Of a stretch of 64,000 bases of DNA, positions 30,076 through 40,636 are shown in pieces (within the stretch, counting starts at the first letter, position 1; each line of letters starts with the position of its first letter). This DNA is from Synechococcus sp. (GTDB taxonomy: Bacteria > Cyanobacteriota > Cyanobacteriia > PCC-6307 > Cyanobiaceae). Both the position numbers and the translations under genes were made by a program. The notes below the pieces were generated by a model. The model worked only from the letters and a program-made list of their open reading frames with translations, was not told where the DNA came from and did no database searches. The DNA is taken from assembly GCA_047285535.1 (NCBI GenBank), contig JBJBDC010000001.1, forward strand, positions 136-64,135, given 5' to 3'.

Positions 30076-31629
30076 TTGATTTGGCCCCCATTAGATAAAG
30101 AGCACTGTCTGGTCAGTGCTGATCAAATGCTCGCCTTCGAGCAGGAATGGCTTGGTAGCGGTTTGCCTGTTGCTGCCTTGATGGAGGCGGTTGGACAGGC
30201 GATGGCCGATTGGTGTCTTCAGCGCTGGAATCGTCTTGAAAACGGTGTGTTGGTTCTGGTCGGACCAGGGCATAACGGTGGCGATGGTTTGGTGCTGGCG
30301 AGGAGGCTGATGCATGCGGGCGTGTCCGTAAGGCTTTGGATACCGCTGCCACTTCAGCGCTCACTTACCCAAGAGCATTGGCGGCATCTCGAATGGCTTG
30401 GGGCTCACAGGCTCAAGACAGAGCCCGATCCAATGGATCCGGCTCTGTGGGTGGATGCATTGTTCGGATTGGGGCAAAAACGGCCCCTGCCTGAATTCTT
30501 GGCGCTGTTGCTTCGTGAAAGACAGCGTGTTCAGCCGGATCAGTTGATCAGTTTGGATGTGCCTGCAGGGATGAATTCCAATACCGGACGTAGCTATGCC
30601 GGGGGGGCAGCGGTGGCTTCAGACACGCTCTGCGTGGGACTTGTAAAAAAAGGTTTGGTTCAGGACTCAGCGCTGGCCAATGTGGGTCGGTTGGAACTTT
30701 TGGATCCTGGTGTTCCGCTCCGGTTGATTGATCAGCTGAAGGACTGCTCTGTATTGCGGGTTACGGCGAAGGATTTGTCCACTCTTCCAGTGCCTCAAGA
30801 CTCCCCAACGGCGATGAAATATGAGCGGGGTCGAGCCTTGATGATCGTAGGCAGCGAGCGCTATCGCGGCGCCGCTCTGTTAGCAGGACGAGGTGCCTTG
30901 GCCAGTGGTGTGGGGAGTTTGCGAGCGGCATTGCCAGAACCAGTGGCTCACACCATCTGGCCATGGATGCCTGAGCTGGTGTTATCGGCTTCCTTGTCAG
31001 CCACTGAATCAGGAGGATTGGATTGGGGTCCATGGCTCTCTGATGCCGATTTATACCGCTTGGACGCATTGTTGTTGGGGCCAGGTATTGGGCCGCTTGA
31101 TGCTGATTGGGATGCCTGGGCAGCGCCTTTGCTTTTGTTTCAGGGTCTCCTGGTCTTAGATGCTGATGCTCTGAATGCTTTGGCTGCCTCGAGGGAGGGT
31201 TGGCGCTGGCTTTGTCGTCGTCAGGGACCCACGTGGATCACTCCACATGGGCGCGAATTTCAAAGGCTGTTTCCCGATTTGAATCAGCAGGAACCATTGG
31301 AGGCAGCTCAAGTGGCCGCTGGCAAAACCGGTGCTGTTGTGTTGCGCAAGGGTGCCCATTCGGTGATTGCAGATCCGAATGGGCCTGTCCATCAAATAGT
31401 TGACACGTCTGTGCAGGTTGCTCGCGCTGGCCTTGGCGATGTCCTGGCTGGATTTGCTGTTGGATGGGGTGCCCGTCTCTTGGCTTGCGGCACGGAGCCA
31501 GATGGCACGGCACTTACAGCAGCTGCTTTGGTTCATGCGCAAGCGTCTCTCACCAGTGAGTTAGGGAGTAGTGCCGGTCAGATTGCTGAAAATCTTGCGG
31601 GCATGACGCGTCGAATTTGTGGGAATTAA
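30076..31629 (+). CDS. nnr: Bifunctional NAD(P)H-hydrate epimerase/dehydratase
   Basis: [40 protein letters not shown]. Confidence 0.9.
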   Translation: MIWPPLDKEHCLVSADQMLAFEQEWLGSGLPVAALMEAVGQAMADWCLQRWNRLENGVLVLVGPGHNGGDGLVLARRLMHAGVSVRLWIPLPLQRSLTQEHWRHLEWLGAHRLKTEPDPMDPALWVDALFGLGQKRPLPEFLALLLRERQRVQPDQLISLDVPAGMNSNTGRSYAGGAAVASDTLCVGLVKKGLVQDSALANVGRLELLDPGVPLRLIDQLKDCSVLRVTAKDLSTLPVPQDSPTAMKYERGRALMIVGSERYRGAALLAGRGALASGVGSLRAALPEPVAHTIWPWMPELVLSASLSATESGGLDWGPWLSDADLYRLDALLLGPGIGPLDADWDAWAAPLLLFQGLLVLDADALNALAASREGWRWLCRRQGPTWITPHGREFQRLFPDLNQQEPLEAAQVAAGKTGAVVLRKGAHSVIADPNGPVHQIVDTSVQVARAGLGDVLAGFAVGWGARLLACGTEPDGTALTAAALVHAQASLTSELGSSAGQIAENLAGMTRRICGN

Positions 31630-31781
31630 TTGTCAAAAAAGTTGTTTGAGTTTGTAAAAGCACACAGTTCAAAACAGTTGAATGTGTCGTTTTCCTTTCA
31701 CGAATCTGAAGGGTTGCTGAAAACATCTCGCTTTTTCGTTTTTTTATAGGAAAGTCTCACAACGCAAATAGACGAGTTGCC

Positions 31782-32723
31782 ATGGTTTCCTCAACAGCTC
31801 GGACCTCCGAGACTCAAAGACGCAGAAGTAGTGATCCGATTAGTTGGTATTTGGCGACCATTGGCCGAATTCCACTTCTCACTGCAGCTGAAGAAATCGA
31901 GCTTGGGAATCAGGTCCAGAAGCTTATGCAGTTAACCCAAGATGGGGTTGTGTCTGAGGACAGCCAAGAGTTCAGCTCAAAGGATCGTCGTTTGATTCGT
32001 GTGGGTCAGCGCGCGAAGCAGAGGATGATGAAAGCTAATCTTCGTCTTGTCGTGAGTGTGGCGAAGAAGTATCAAGGCAAAGGCCTTGAATTATTGGATT
32101 TGATTCAAGAGGGGTCTCTTGGCCTTGAACGTGCGGTTGAAAAATTCGACCCTACTCGTGGTTACAAATTTTCCACTTATGCCTTTTGGTGGATTCGCCA
32201 AAGCATGACCCGAGCGATTGCTTGTCAGTCGCGCACGATTCGCCTTCCGGTGCATTTAAGCGAGCGTCTCACCACGATTCGTAAAGTCAGCCTTGACCTT
32301 GCCCACAAGCTTGGAGCGATGCCAAGCCGTGTAGAGATCGCCGAGGCGCTGGACATGCCCGTGGAAGAACTTGACTCCTTGCTTCGACAGGCTCTCACCA
32401 CAAGCAGTCTCGATGCACCCGTGAATGGAGAGGATGGACGTAGTTTTCTTGGGGACCTGATTGCCGATTCTTCGGTAGAGGAGCCTCTTGACAGGGTTGA
32501 ACAGCGCATTCATCACGAGCAGCTGGGTCGCTGGTTGAGCCATCTCAGTGAGCAAGAGCAACATGTACTCACTCTGCGGTTTGGATTAAATGGAAATGAA
32601 CGTCACACCTTGGCTCAAATTGGTCGTTTGTTGGATGTTTCACGTGAACGAGTGAGGCAGGTGGAATTGAAGTCTCTAAGGAAACTGCGCAATCTCACTC
32701 GTCGGATGTCTCCCACGTTTTGA
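31782..32723 (+). CDS. Group 2 (RpoD-like) sigma-70 factor
   Basis: ANLRLVVSVAKKY, DLIQEG, KFDPTRGYKFSTYAFWWIRQ, region-4 VSRERVRQ; no region 1.1. Confidence 0.93.
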   Translation: MVSSTARTSETQRRRSSDPISWYLATIGRIPLLTAAEEIELGNQVQKLMQLTQDGVVSEDSQEFSSKDRRLIRVGQRAKQRMMKANLRLVVSVAKKYQGKGLELLDLIQEGSLGLERAVEKFDPTRGYKFSTYAFWWIRQSMTRAIACQSRTIRLPVHLSERLTTIRKVSLDLAHKLGAMPSRVEIAEALDMPVEELDSLLRQALTTSSLDAPVNGEDGRSFLGDLIADSSVEEPLDRVEQRIHHEQLGRWLSHLSEQEQHVLTLRFGLNGNERHTLAQIGRLLDVSRERVRQVELKSLRKLRNLTRRMSPTF

Positions 32724-33697
32724 TTGGCCTTGTTCAGATTGATTCATCGATGAGACTGGAGATCCATTTGATCGAGCCGAAGCCTCATCTTTTCAACTGA
32801 CAGGACGATGGACCCTCCTGGCTCTCTAGTGATCAACTCTCGATCCAAGAGGGGTGGTTTTTTATTGAAGCAATGGTTCTCTTTGCTTATTGGTCTGAAA
32901 ATGAATCCGTAGTGATTAACACATCGTTCATTGTGATGATCGACTGATCACTTAAAAGCAGTATTAGTGCCGCTGAAGAAGAATTCATAAGGTTGAACAT
33001 TGGATTGGTGATCTGGATGGGGTTTGAATCTGCAACCATCCCAATTCAGATTCGCAAATCATGACATGGATTGGCGAAAGGTCAGAACCTCAGATGATGG
33101 TCTGTAATCTCAATTGCAATCAGATTTCTTTAAGGATTGAGATCATCATTTGGTCGATGTCTATCGTCAATTCTGGAGATCTCTAACCATAAAAGTCAGC
33201 TTGAATTGTGTGAATCATGGCTATGGCATCCAGGTCGCTCTCTTCGACTTGGTTGAAGGCGGTGGATTGGACTCTTGATGGTTGTTGATGTTGGTTAGAC
33301 GGAGGTCAGTTTCGCGGCGCAGCGGCCTACCCACACCATCTACAGATCGCAGGATGGGTGTGCATGGGCTGGGGATGAGGGCGCCTCAACTCGCAAAAAC
33401 CGCGCCGCACTGATCGAGGGCAAGCTTCTTGAAATCAAGGGGGTGAAGGTTTGATTCAGATGGTGAGGAGAGTGACTGAGGGGCAAGGTGGGTATGCCTT
33501 CTCGTTTCAGGACACGTTTTGGGTGCTGAATTTTCTACGGCAATGGATTGAGAGGAGATCGTGACTGTGGTTGATTGGGCAGCAAAGATGCATGATGCGT
33601 CTCGACCTAGCCACGATTCCAAGCAGTTGCCATGCACTTGGGAGCAGTGATCTGCTGTTTTGATGCCAATACGAAGTTCGTCGAGGAAACAGGCCTT

Positions 33698-33726
33698 AAA
33701 AAGGTGGCAACCATAAAGTCGCCACC
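33698..33726 (-). terminator. Rho-independent terminator (minus strand)
   Basis: GGTGGCGAC-TTTATG-GTTGCCACC-TTTTT on the minus strand. Confidence 0.75.
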
Positions 33727-33775
33727 GCTCTCATGACGTGGGGACCCCACCAAAGAGCCGATCCCACTCCACATG
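33698..33775 (-). ncRNA. Candidate small structured RNA
   Basis: GC-rich nested hairpin (GCTCT...GTGG-GGTCC-CCAC...AGAGC) directly 5' of the terminator; no sizeable ORF; AT-rich upstream. Confidence 0.4.
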
Positions 33776-34279
33776 TTTTACACGAATCTGCGAATACAGA
33801 GTTAGATGTTAAGACAATTTTTGTGGCTTAGATACTCTTCTTTAACAGTCTTCTTTAACAGGATATTTTTAAGAGGACGTTGATCCATTGGTTCGAGATG
33901 AAAGGCTTCTTCAATATCAAAGACTTAGCCTAACTGGCTTCTTTCGTTCTGAATGAGCCAAGAAGCGTTGAAGTCTTTTGATGGATTGCTCTAATTCATT
34001 CAGGATAGGTTTTTGCTTAGGTCAGGCTGTCTCAAGAGCAGTGACGATTGCAGAATGAGTGCTGTTTCAGCTGCTGCCAATGAGCTTGTGCATGCAAGAG
34101 AGTCAAACCACGTTCTTGAGGCCTATGGTTCTGGATGTTGCCATGCATCCTTCGAAAAGACATATTGATTAGTCCCATCAAAGGCAGGATTTGAAGCTGG
34201 ATATTAGTTTCATGGCTTTGTATTTTCAGGAGGGCCTGCTGTCTTGGTTGCTTGGGATGCTTGGCAGTCCTGGAAGGCT

Positions 34280-35005
34280 TCAGAAAGCGAGTTGGAAAGC
34301 CACAACCAGTCCCATCAAGCTCTGAATTGCATATTCAGTGAAGCTGATGATTCCCAGAGGTGTTTTGCTGTTGCCTCCGACGCAGGCGCAGTTCAAGGCG
34401 AGTTTGTCGATGTAAACCGCTTTGATGACGGAAATCATTCCCTGGATACCGACGATCAGGGCAATCCATCCGGCAACAGGCAGTGGTGGCTTCAATAGAA
34501 AGCCGAGGCCAATCAGGAGTTCCACTCCCGGGTAGAGCTTGCCCCAGACCCGCCAGCGTTGTGTGGCCAGGTCATATTTAACGAAGCTCGCTGCGAACGA
34601 GTCGACATCCATCAGCTTGAGCATCGCGAGGGCGCAGATGGAAAATCCCATGAAGCGTTGGATCACGCTGTCTCCAAGAACCAATGCCATCAGAAGTGCA
34701 GTTCCGAATACCGCGACCACTGGCGTGTAGGAATACTCGGCACTCTCGGCTTCTTCCCCAAGTAGGGCGGCCAGATCGCTATAACCCCCGATTCGTGTTT
34801 CTGCGTTGAATATCTGTGGTGTGGAGGCAACGCCATAGCGCTCCTTGAAGGCGTTGACTTCCTCTTGGCTGGTCAGCCGATGGTCTTCAAAATCGATGCC
34901 TCGCGTCTGCAGCAGCTCAATGGCTTTCAGGCCCCAGGGGCATTCATGCTCCGGCATTGACATCCGATGGACATGTACGTTGCGCAGCTCTGCGGATGCC
35001 GTCAT
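34280..35005 (-). CDS. Glutaredoxin-like / MauE (DoxX-like) fusion membrane protein
   Basis: HECPWG, TPQIF...IGGY glutaredoxin features; TM region with FVKYDL and LNCACVGG. Confidence 0.85.
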   Translation of the reverse strand: MTASAELRNVHVHRMSMPEHECPWGLKAIELLQTRGIDFEDHRLTSQEEVNAFKERYGVASTPQIFNAETRIGGYSDLAALLGEEAESAEYSYTPVVAVFGTALLMALVLGDSVIQRFMGFSICALAMLKLMDVDSFAASFVKYDLATQRWRVWGKLYPGVELLIGLGFLLKPPLPVAGWIALIVGIQGMISVIKAVYIDKLALNCACVGGNSKTPLGIISFTEYAIQSLMGLVVAFQLAF

Positions 35006-35215
35006 GTCCTATCAGGTAGTTGTTTGAACCGTAGCAATGGCAACTTTGCACAATGCAAGTCCTGGCTTGGACCGTTATTGGCGGAGGTTAAGACTTACTC
35101 AAACCTTGGTTTAAACGGCATGTGCTCTGGGTTGAGTCTGCGGCCGTTCAAACGAAATTGCGTTATCTTTGTACGGTTTTAGTGGATAGATCTGGGGAGA
35201 ATCGAACGCTTTAAT

Positions 35216-36322
35216 TCAGTCTTCAGACCAGATATAGCGAGTCAGTTCGGAGCTATCTGGCTCTGGGGCATTGAGCGCAAACTCCACACAGTCTTGAACT
35301 TCAAGATCGATCTCTTTCTCAATGGCTCTTAGTTCATCAGCGCTGACCAGACCATCAGAGACGAGATCGCGCTCAAAGGCTTTGAGTGGATCTCGTTGAG
35401 CCCAGAACTGCTTTTCTTCCTCTGCTCGAAGCTCGTCAGGGTCGGCAAGCGAGTGCCCTCGAAAGCGGTAGGTCAGACATTCAAGAACTGTTGGACCTTC
35501 GCCAGCTCTTGCGCGTTCGATGGCCCTCTCCGCAGCGGCCCGAACAGCAAGCACATCCATACCATCAACTTCTTCACCAGCCATTCCAAAGGCGCCAGCT
35601 TTCCGCCAGATCTCCGGGTCACTCGTGGCACGGTCATGGGCCATTCCGATGGCCCACTTGTTGTTCTCCACAACAAACAGGATGGGTAGCTTCCAAAGTT
35701 GAGCCATGTTGAGGCATTCGAAGAATTGACCGTTATTGCAGGTTCCATCTCCGAAAAAGGCTGCAGTAACCGAATCACTGCTGGAATCACCAAGAGCATC
35801 ACGTCGATAGCGACTGGTGAAGGCTGCTCCTAGGGCAACAGGAATTCCTTCGCCAATGAAAGCAAACCCCCCTAGCAAGTGATGCGCCCTGGAAAATAGG
35901 TGCATTGAGCCGCCACGCCCTTTGCTGCAGCCTGTTTCTTTGCCAAAGAGCTCGCTCATCACTTCGCGGGCGGGAACTCCTGCGCTCAGAGCATGCACAT
36001 GGTCACGATACGTGCTGCAGAACCAATCATGTTGACGCTTCATCGCGCCAATGACGCCAGTACTGACCGCCTCTTGGCCGTTATAGAGGTGAACGAAGCC
36101 AAACATTTTGCCGCGGTAGTACATTTCCGCGCATTTGTCTTCAAAACGACGCCCCAAAGTCATGTCGCGATAGAGGGCTAGCCCTGTCTCACGGTCCACA
36201 CGGGCCCTCTTGGCTGTGACGAGAGATGAAAGGCGTTCAGCGTGAGCTCCTGCGGAGGAGACCCCAGTCTCAACGCTGTGATCGATGCCCACGTCGGTGC
36301 CTACTGCGATGTCCTGACTCAT
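35216..36322 (-). CDS. pdhA: Pyruvate dehydrogenase E1 alpha subunit
   Basis: [23 protein letters not shown]...ENN TPP motif, YRFRGHS. Confidence 0.96.
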   Translation of the reverse strand: MSQDIAVGTDVGIDHSVETGVSSAGAHAERLSSLVTAKRARVDRETGLALYRDMTLGRRFEDKCAEMYYRGKMFGFVHLYNGQEAVSTGVIGAMKRQHDWFCSTYRDHVHALSAGVPAREVMSELFGKETGCSKGRGGSMHLFSRAHHLLGGFAFIGEGIPVALGAAFTSRYRRDALGDSSSDSVTAAFFGDGTCNNGQFFECLNMAQLWKLPILFVVENNKWAIGMAHDRATSDPEIWRKAGAFGMAGEEVDGMDVLAVRAAAERAIERARAGEGPTVLECLTYRFRGHSLADPDELRAEEEKQFWAQRDPLKAFERDLVSDGLVSADELRAIEKEIDLEVQDCVEFALNAPEPDSSELTRYIWSED

Positions 36323-36401
36323 GGCATCACCCATTTGACAACGAACTTTAAGGGGCCGTGTTGAGGCATTGGGCAAAACCCCTTTCGCTGCCTAAAGTCT
36401 C

Positions 36402-38597
36402 ATGCTAATGAGCGCAACGCTGGTGGAACTGCCCATCGATCATTTTCGCCTGCTGGGCGTCAGTCCTTCAGCTGAAACCGAGTCGGTGTTGAGGACTCTG
36501 CAATTGCGTCTCGATCGCTGTCCTGATCAGGGATTTACTCATGAGGCCCTCATGCAGAGGGCTGAGCTATTGAGTCTTTCGGCAGATCTTTTGAGTGATT
36601 CTGTGCGCCGGCAGGACTACGAGACCACCTTGCTCAAATTAGGTCGTGATCATCCTGAAGAGACAGCTGGACTTGAAATGTCTTCAAGTCGGGAGGTCGC
36701 CGGTTTGATGCTGCTGTGGGAAGCTCACGCCCCTCATGAGACCTTCCAACTGACGCGTCAGGCTTTGCAACCTCCCCAAGCGCCCGCATTGGGGAGTAGT
36801 CGAGAGTCGGATCTTGCTCTTTTGGCAGCACTGTCCTGTCTTGATGCCGCTCGTCAAGACCAGGACCAGCGTCGTTATGAATCTGCTGCTGGTCTGCTGA
36901 CTGAGGGGCTGCAGTTACTCCAGCGCATGGGCAAGCTTCCTGATCAGCGTCAACGTCTTGAAAAGGAACTTGAACAGCTCACTCCGTACCGAATTCTTGA
37001 TCTACTCAGCCGTGACCTGGCCGAGCAATCAGCACGGCAGGACGGGCTGGTGATGCTGGAAACCTTTGTCCAAAATCGAGGTGGCCTTGAAGGGGGGGTG
37101 ACGGAATCCGATGCGGTTGGCATGGACCAGGGCAGCTTTGAGTTGTTTTTTCAGCAGATTCGTCAATTCCTTACTGTTCAAGAACAGGTGGATCTTTACG
37201 GACGTTTGGAGAGATTTGGCTCGTCGGATGCCAGCTTCCTTTCGATCATGGCTCTAGCAGCAGCTGGATTTTCCCAACGCAAGCCTGAGCGAATTCATGA
37301 CGCACGGCACAAAATGCAGTCCTTAGTTTTAGATGGGCTGGATCTCAATCCATTGCTGGGATGCATGGATTTGTTACTCGGTGATGTGGACCGGGCATTG
37401 GAGCATGTACATGCCAGTCCGGATGATGATCTGCAGGAATGGCTGGCTAACTACCCGAGCGACGATTTAGCAGCTCTCTTTGACTACTGCCGCAGTTGGT
37501 TAGGAAGAGATGTTTTACCTGGCTATCGCGATGTTGATGCTCAGGTTGTCGACTTAGACGCTTGGTTTGCGGATCGTGATGTTCAGGCTTTCGTGGAGCG
37601 ACTGGAGCGCAAAGAGGGCCGCAGTCTTCTGAATCTCGATGGACCTGTGACAACTGCCTCCGGCTCGGATTGGACTTTTGGCAATCTTCCACCTCTTGGG
37701 CTTGATCCAGAGGGCACTTTGCCACTTTCCCTGGGAGACCCTCATCCTTTGAAGGAGAAAAGCTCGGATTCCGAGCAGGACGAGGCAACGCCTAGTGCTG
37801 TGCACCGCAGCGCCCCCTTGGATTTGCGGAATCTCAAGATCCCTCGATGGCTCATGGGCACGTTCTCCGGGCCTCGCCGCTCACTATCTCGACTATCGAT
37901 GTCGCGACTATCGATGTCGCGACTTTCGATGTCTCAGCTCTCCTCCTCGCGATTCTCGATGAGGAGCCCCTCATTGGCGCAGCACAGGATTTCTGTGTTG
38001 ATGGGCGTTGGGGTCATTGTTGTTCTAGTGGTAGGAGTTTTCAGCATTATTGGACTACGGCGGGAGTCTCGATTGGAGACGGCTACGATCAATCCGCCTG
38101 CAGAAAATCCTTCTGCAGATGCGTCGCCTTCTGCAGATGCCTTGCCTCCTCAGCCAAAGGCCACCCTCAAGGAGGAGCTCTCAAAAACCAGAGAGATTGT
38201 TGCCCCTTTGGCTGTTGCATCCCCCAGCGATGCTCAGCTGCAATCCCTTCTCCAGTCTTGGCTTGATGTCAAAGCGACAGCCTTGCGCCAGGAGGTTGGT
38301 ACCGAGTCTTTAGCTGATGTGGCGCGTCCCCCCCTGGTTCTTCAAGTGCGTGATCAGCAAGCCGCTTTATCGAGGGAAGGTCTGCAACAACAAGTAGAGG
38401 CCACCATTACGTCAATTCAGAGGGTGAGCACTACGCCGTCTCGTATAGAGGTCAGGGCGCAAATTTCCTATCGCGATCAGACCCTGAATAATCAGGGTGA
38501 GGTGGTTGATGAGACCCCCCCTGGCAACCTTCCCGTGACTTACATCCTTGGCCGAGATGCTGATGGTTGGCGACTACAGGCTTACATCCCAGGATGA
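36402..38597 (+). CDS. ftn2: Cell division protein Ftn2/ZipN (ARC6 family, IMS domain)
   Basis: ELPIDHFRLLGV J-like N-terminus, PYRILDLLS, TM helix, C-terminal WL..KA...YILGR...WRL. Confidence 0.88.
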   Translation: MLMSATLVELPIDHFRLLGVSPSAETESVLRTLQLRLDRCPDQGFTHEALMQRAELLSLSADLLSDSVRRQDYETTLLKLGRDHPEETAGLEMSSSREVAGLMLLWEAHAPHETFQLTRQALQPPQAPALGSSRESDLALLAALSCLDAARQDQDQRRYESAAGLLTEGLQLLQRMGKLPDQRQRLEKELEQLTPYRILDLLSRDLAEQSARQDGLVMLETFVQNRGGLEGGVTESDAVGMDQGSFELFFQQIRQFLTVQEQVDLYGRLERFGSSDASFLSIMALAAAGFSQRKPERIHDARHKMQSLVLDGLDLNPLLGCMDLLLGDVDRALEHVHASPDDDLQEWLANYPSDDLAALFDYCRSWLGRDVLPGYRDVDAQVVDLDAWFADRDVQAFVERLERKEGRSLLNLDGPVTTASGSDWTFGNLPPLGLDPEGTLPLSLGDPHPLKEKSSDSEQDEATPSAVHRSAPLDLRNLKIPRWLMGTFSGPRRSLSRLSMSRLSMSRLSMSQLSSSRFSMRSPSLAQHRISVLMGVGVIVVLVVGVFSIIGLRRESRLETATINPPAENPSADASPSADALPPQPKATLKEELSKTREIVAPLAVASPSDAQLQSLLQSWLDVKATALRQEVGTESLADVARPPLVLQVRDQQAALSREGLQQQVEATITSIQRVSTTPSRIEVRAQISYRDQTLNNQGEVVDETPPGNLPVTYILGRDADGWRLQAYIPG
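37887..37961 (+). repeat. Five imperfect 15-bp in-frame tandem repeats (SRLSM)
   Basis: tctcgactatcgatg / tcgcgactatcgatg / tcgcgactttcgatg / tctcagctctcctcc / tcgcgattctcgatg. Confidence 0.85.
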
Positions 38598-38666
38598 ATA
38601 GGCAGTCAAGATCACATCAAGAGCATGACTTTTACAGTTGGGTGATGTGCTGCACGGATTCAATTC

Positions 38667-40154
38667 ATGTTTGATGAGCTTTCAGCCCGATTTGAAGATG
38701 CCGTTAAGGGGCTGAGAGGCCAGGACACAATCTCCGCAACCAACGTGGAGAGTGCTCTCAAGGAAGTCCGAAGGGCGTTGCTTGAAGCGGACGTGAGTTT
38801 GCCAGTGGTGAAAGATTTTGTCTCCGAGGTGCGCGAGAAAGCAGTTGGCGCCGAGGTTGTACGAGGTGTGACGCCTGATCAGAAATTCATTCAGGTCGTG
38901 CACGAGCAGCTTGTCGATGTGATGGGCGGCGGTAATGCTCCACTGGCTCAGGCAGATCAGGCTCCCACGGTGGTGCTGATGGCTGGTTTGCAAGGAGCGG
39001 GAAAAACGACAGCCACGGCCAAGTTGGGATTGCATTTAAAGGATCAGGGCCGTAAAGCTTTGTTGGTTGGGGCCGATGTGTATCGCCCTGCCGCCATTGA
39101 GCAGTTGAAAACGCTCGGCACTCAGATTGACGTTGATGTGTTCAGTCTTGGAGTTGAGGCCAAGCCAGAGGACATCGCAGCTGCGGGGTTGGCCAAAGCC
39201 AAGTCCGAGGGGTATGACACCCTGTTGGTCGATACCGCTGGTCGTCTTCAAATCGACTCCGACATGATGGAGGAGATGGTGCGGATCAGGACTGCCGTTC
39301 AGCCCGATGAGGTGCTGTTGGTGGTGGATTCGATGATTGGTCAGGAGGCTGCCGATCTCACCCGTGCATTCCACGATCAGGTTGGCATCACTGGAGCCGT
39401 ACTTACCAAGCTCGATGGTGATTCAAGAGGTGGAGCGGCGCTGTCGATTCGCAAGGTGAGTGGTCAGCCGATCAAATTCATCGGTACTGGCGAAAAAGTT
39501 GAGGCTCTCCAACCTTTCCATCCTGAGCGGATGGCCAGTCGCATTCTCGGTATGGGGGATGTGTTGACGCTGGTGGAGAAGGCGCAGAAAGAGGTTGAAC
39601 TTGCTGACGTCGAAAAAATGCAGAAGAAGCTGCAGGAGGCGTCCTTTGATTTTTCAGATTTCTTACAGCAAATGCGCCTGATCAAGCGCATGGGCTCCCT
39701 TGGTGGACTGATGAAAATGATCCCAGGGATGAACAAGATTGACGACGGCATGCTCAAACAAGGGGAGCAGCAGTTGAAAAAGATTGAAGCAATGATTGGA
39801 TCGATGACGTCAGCAGAACGCACTCAGCCTGAGTTGTTGGCTGCTCAGCCTTCCAGGCGCCGACGGATTGCTGCCGGATGTGGCTATGAGCCTGCTGATG
39901 TCGACAAAGTGCTTGCTGATTTTCAAAAGATGCGCGGTTTCATGCAGCAAATGACCCAGGGAGGAGGAATGCCTGGAATGCCTGGTATGGGAGGGGGTGG
40001 TTTCCCCGGAATGGGCGGAGGCATGCCCGGCATGCCCGGAATGGGCGGAGGAATGCCGGGGATGGGAGGTGGAGGAATGCCTGCGGGGCGTCCCGGAGCG
40101 GCTCCTCGCCGGCAGCGTCCCTTCAAGAAGAAGAAGGGCTTTGGCCAGCTTTGA
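38667..40154 (+). CDS. ffh: Signal recognition particle protein
   Basis: GLQGAGKTT, DTAGR, TKLDGD, M domain, Gly/Met-rich tail. Confidence 0.97.
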   Translation: MFDELSARFEDAVKGLRGQDTISATNVESALKEVRRALLEADVSLPVVKDFVSEVREKAVGAEVVRGVTPDQKFIQVVHEQLVDVMGGGNAPLAQADQAPTVVLMAGLQGAGKTTATAKLGLHLKDQGRKALLVGADVYRPAAIEQLKTLGTQIDVDVFSLGVEAKPEDIAAAGLAKAKSEGYDTLLVDTAGRLQIDSDMMEEMVRIRTAVQPDEVLLVVDSMIGQEAADLTRAFHDQVGITGAVLTKLDGDSRGGAALSIRKVSGQPIKFIGTGEKVEALQPFHPERMASRILGMGDVLTLVEKAQKEVELADVEKMQKKLQEASFDFSDFLQQMRLIKRMGSLGGLMKMIPGMNKIDDGMLKQGEQQLKKIEAMIGSMTSAERTQPELLAAQPSRRRRIAAGCGYEPADVDKVLADFQKMRGFMQQMTQGGGMPGMPGMGGGGFPGMGGGMPGMPGMGGGMPGMGGGGMPAGRPGAAPRRQRPFKKKKGFGQL

Positions 40155-40232
40155 ATCCTCGGCAGGTTAAGTTGGTAGCTTCGTGCGCCGAATGACTGCG
40201 CCGAATTGTTCCACCTTTAAGCAAGCGCCACG

Positions 40233-40628
40233 ATGATCAAGCTCCGCCTGAAGCGGTTCGGCAAGAAGAGGGAAGCGAGTTTCCGTCTCGTGGCCTGCAA
40301 CAGCACATCACGCCGAGATGGCCGTCCCCTCCAGGAGCTGGGTTTTTATAACCCGCGCACCAAAGAGACACGGCTAGATGCAGAAGGCTTGCGTGTGCGC
40401 CTCAGTCAGGGGGCTCAGCCTACGGATGCTGTTCGCTTTCTCCTGGAGAAAGGTGGCTTGCTTGAAAAGACTGTGCGACCGGCTGAGACAGTCGGAAAGG
40501 CCAAGCAAGCCGCAGCTCGTGAAGCCGCGGCAAAAAAAGCTGCAAAAGATGCAGCCGACGCCAAAGCCGCTGAGGCTGCAGCAGCAAGCGAATCTCCTGA
40601 TTCAGGCTCTGAAACTACTGAAAACTGA
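40233..40628 (+). CDS. rpsP: 30S ribosomal protein S16
   Basis: [12 protein letters not shown]...RDGR...LGFYNP...GAQPTD. Confidence 0.97.
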   Translation: MIKLRLKRFGKKREASFRLVACNSTSRRDGRPLQELGFYNPRTKETRLDAEGLRVRLSQGAQPTDAVRFLLEKGGLLEKTVRPAETVGKAKQAAAREAAAKKAAKDAADAKAAEAAAASESPDSGSETTEN

Positions 40629-40636
40629 TCGATTCC

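Noticed and set aside
32812..32865. Terminator after the sigma factor gene
   Set aside because: Stem is imperfect with a long loop; plausible but not well supported.
33386..33637. 83-aa minus-strand ORF
   Set aside because: No recognisable motif; cannot be supported as a gene without conservation data.
33837..33862. CTTCTTTAACAG direct repeat as a Pho box
   Set aside because: Period is 13 bp rather than the 11 bp expected, and there are only two copies.
39955..40085. GGMPGM repeat in Ffh
   Set aside because: Gly/Met-rich tails are ordinary for Ffh in this group.
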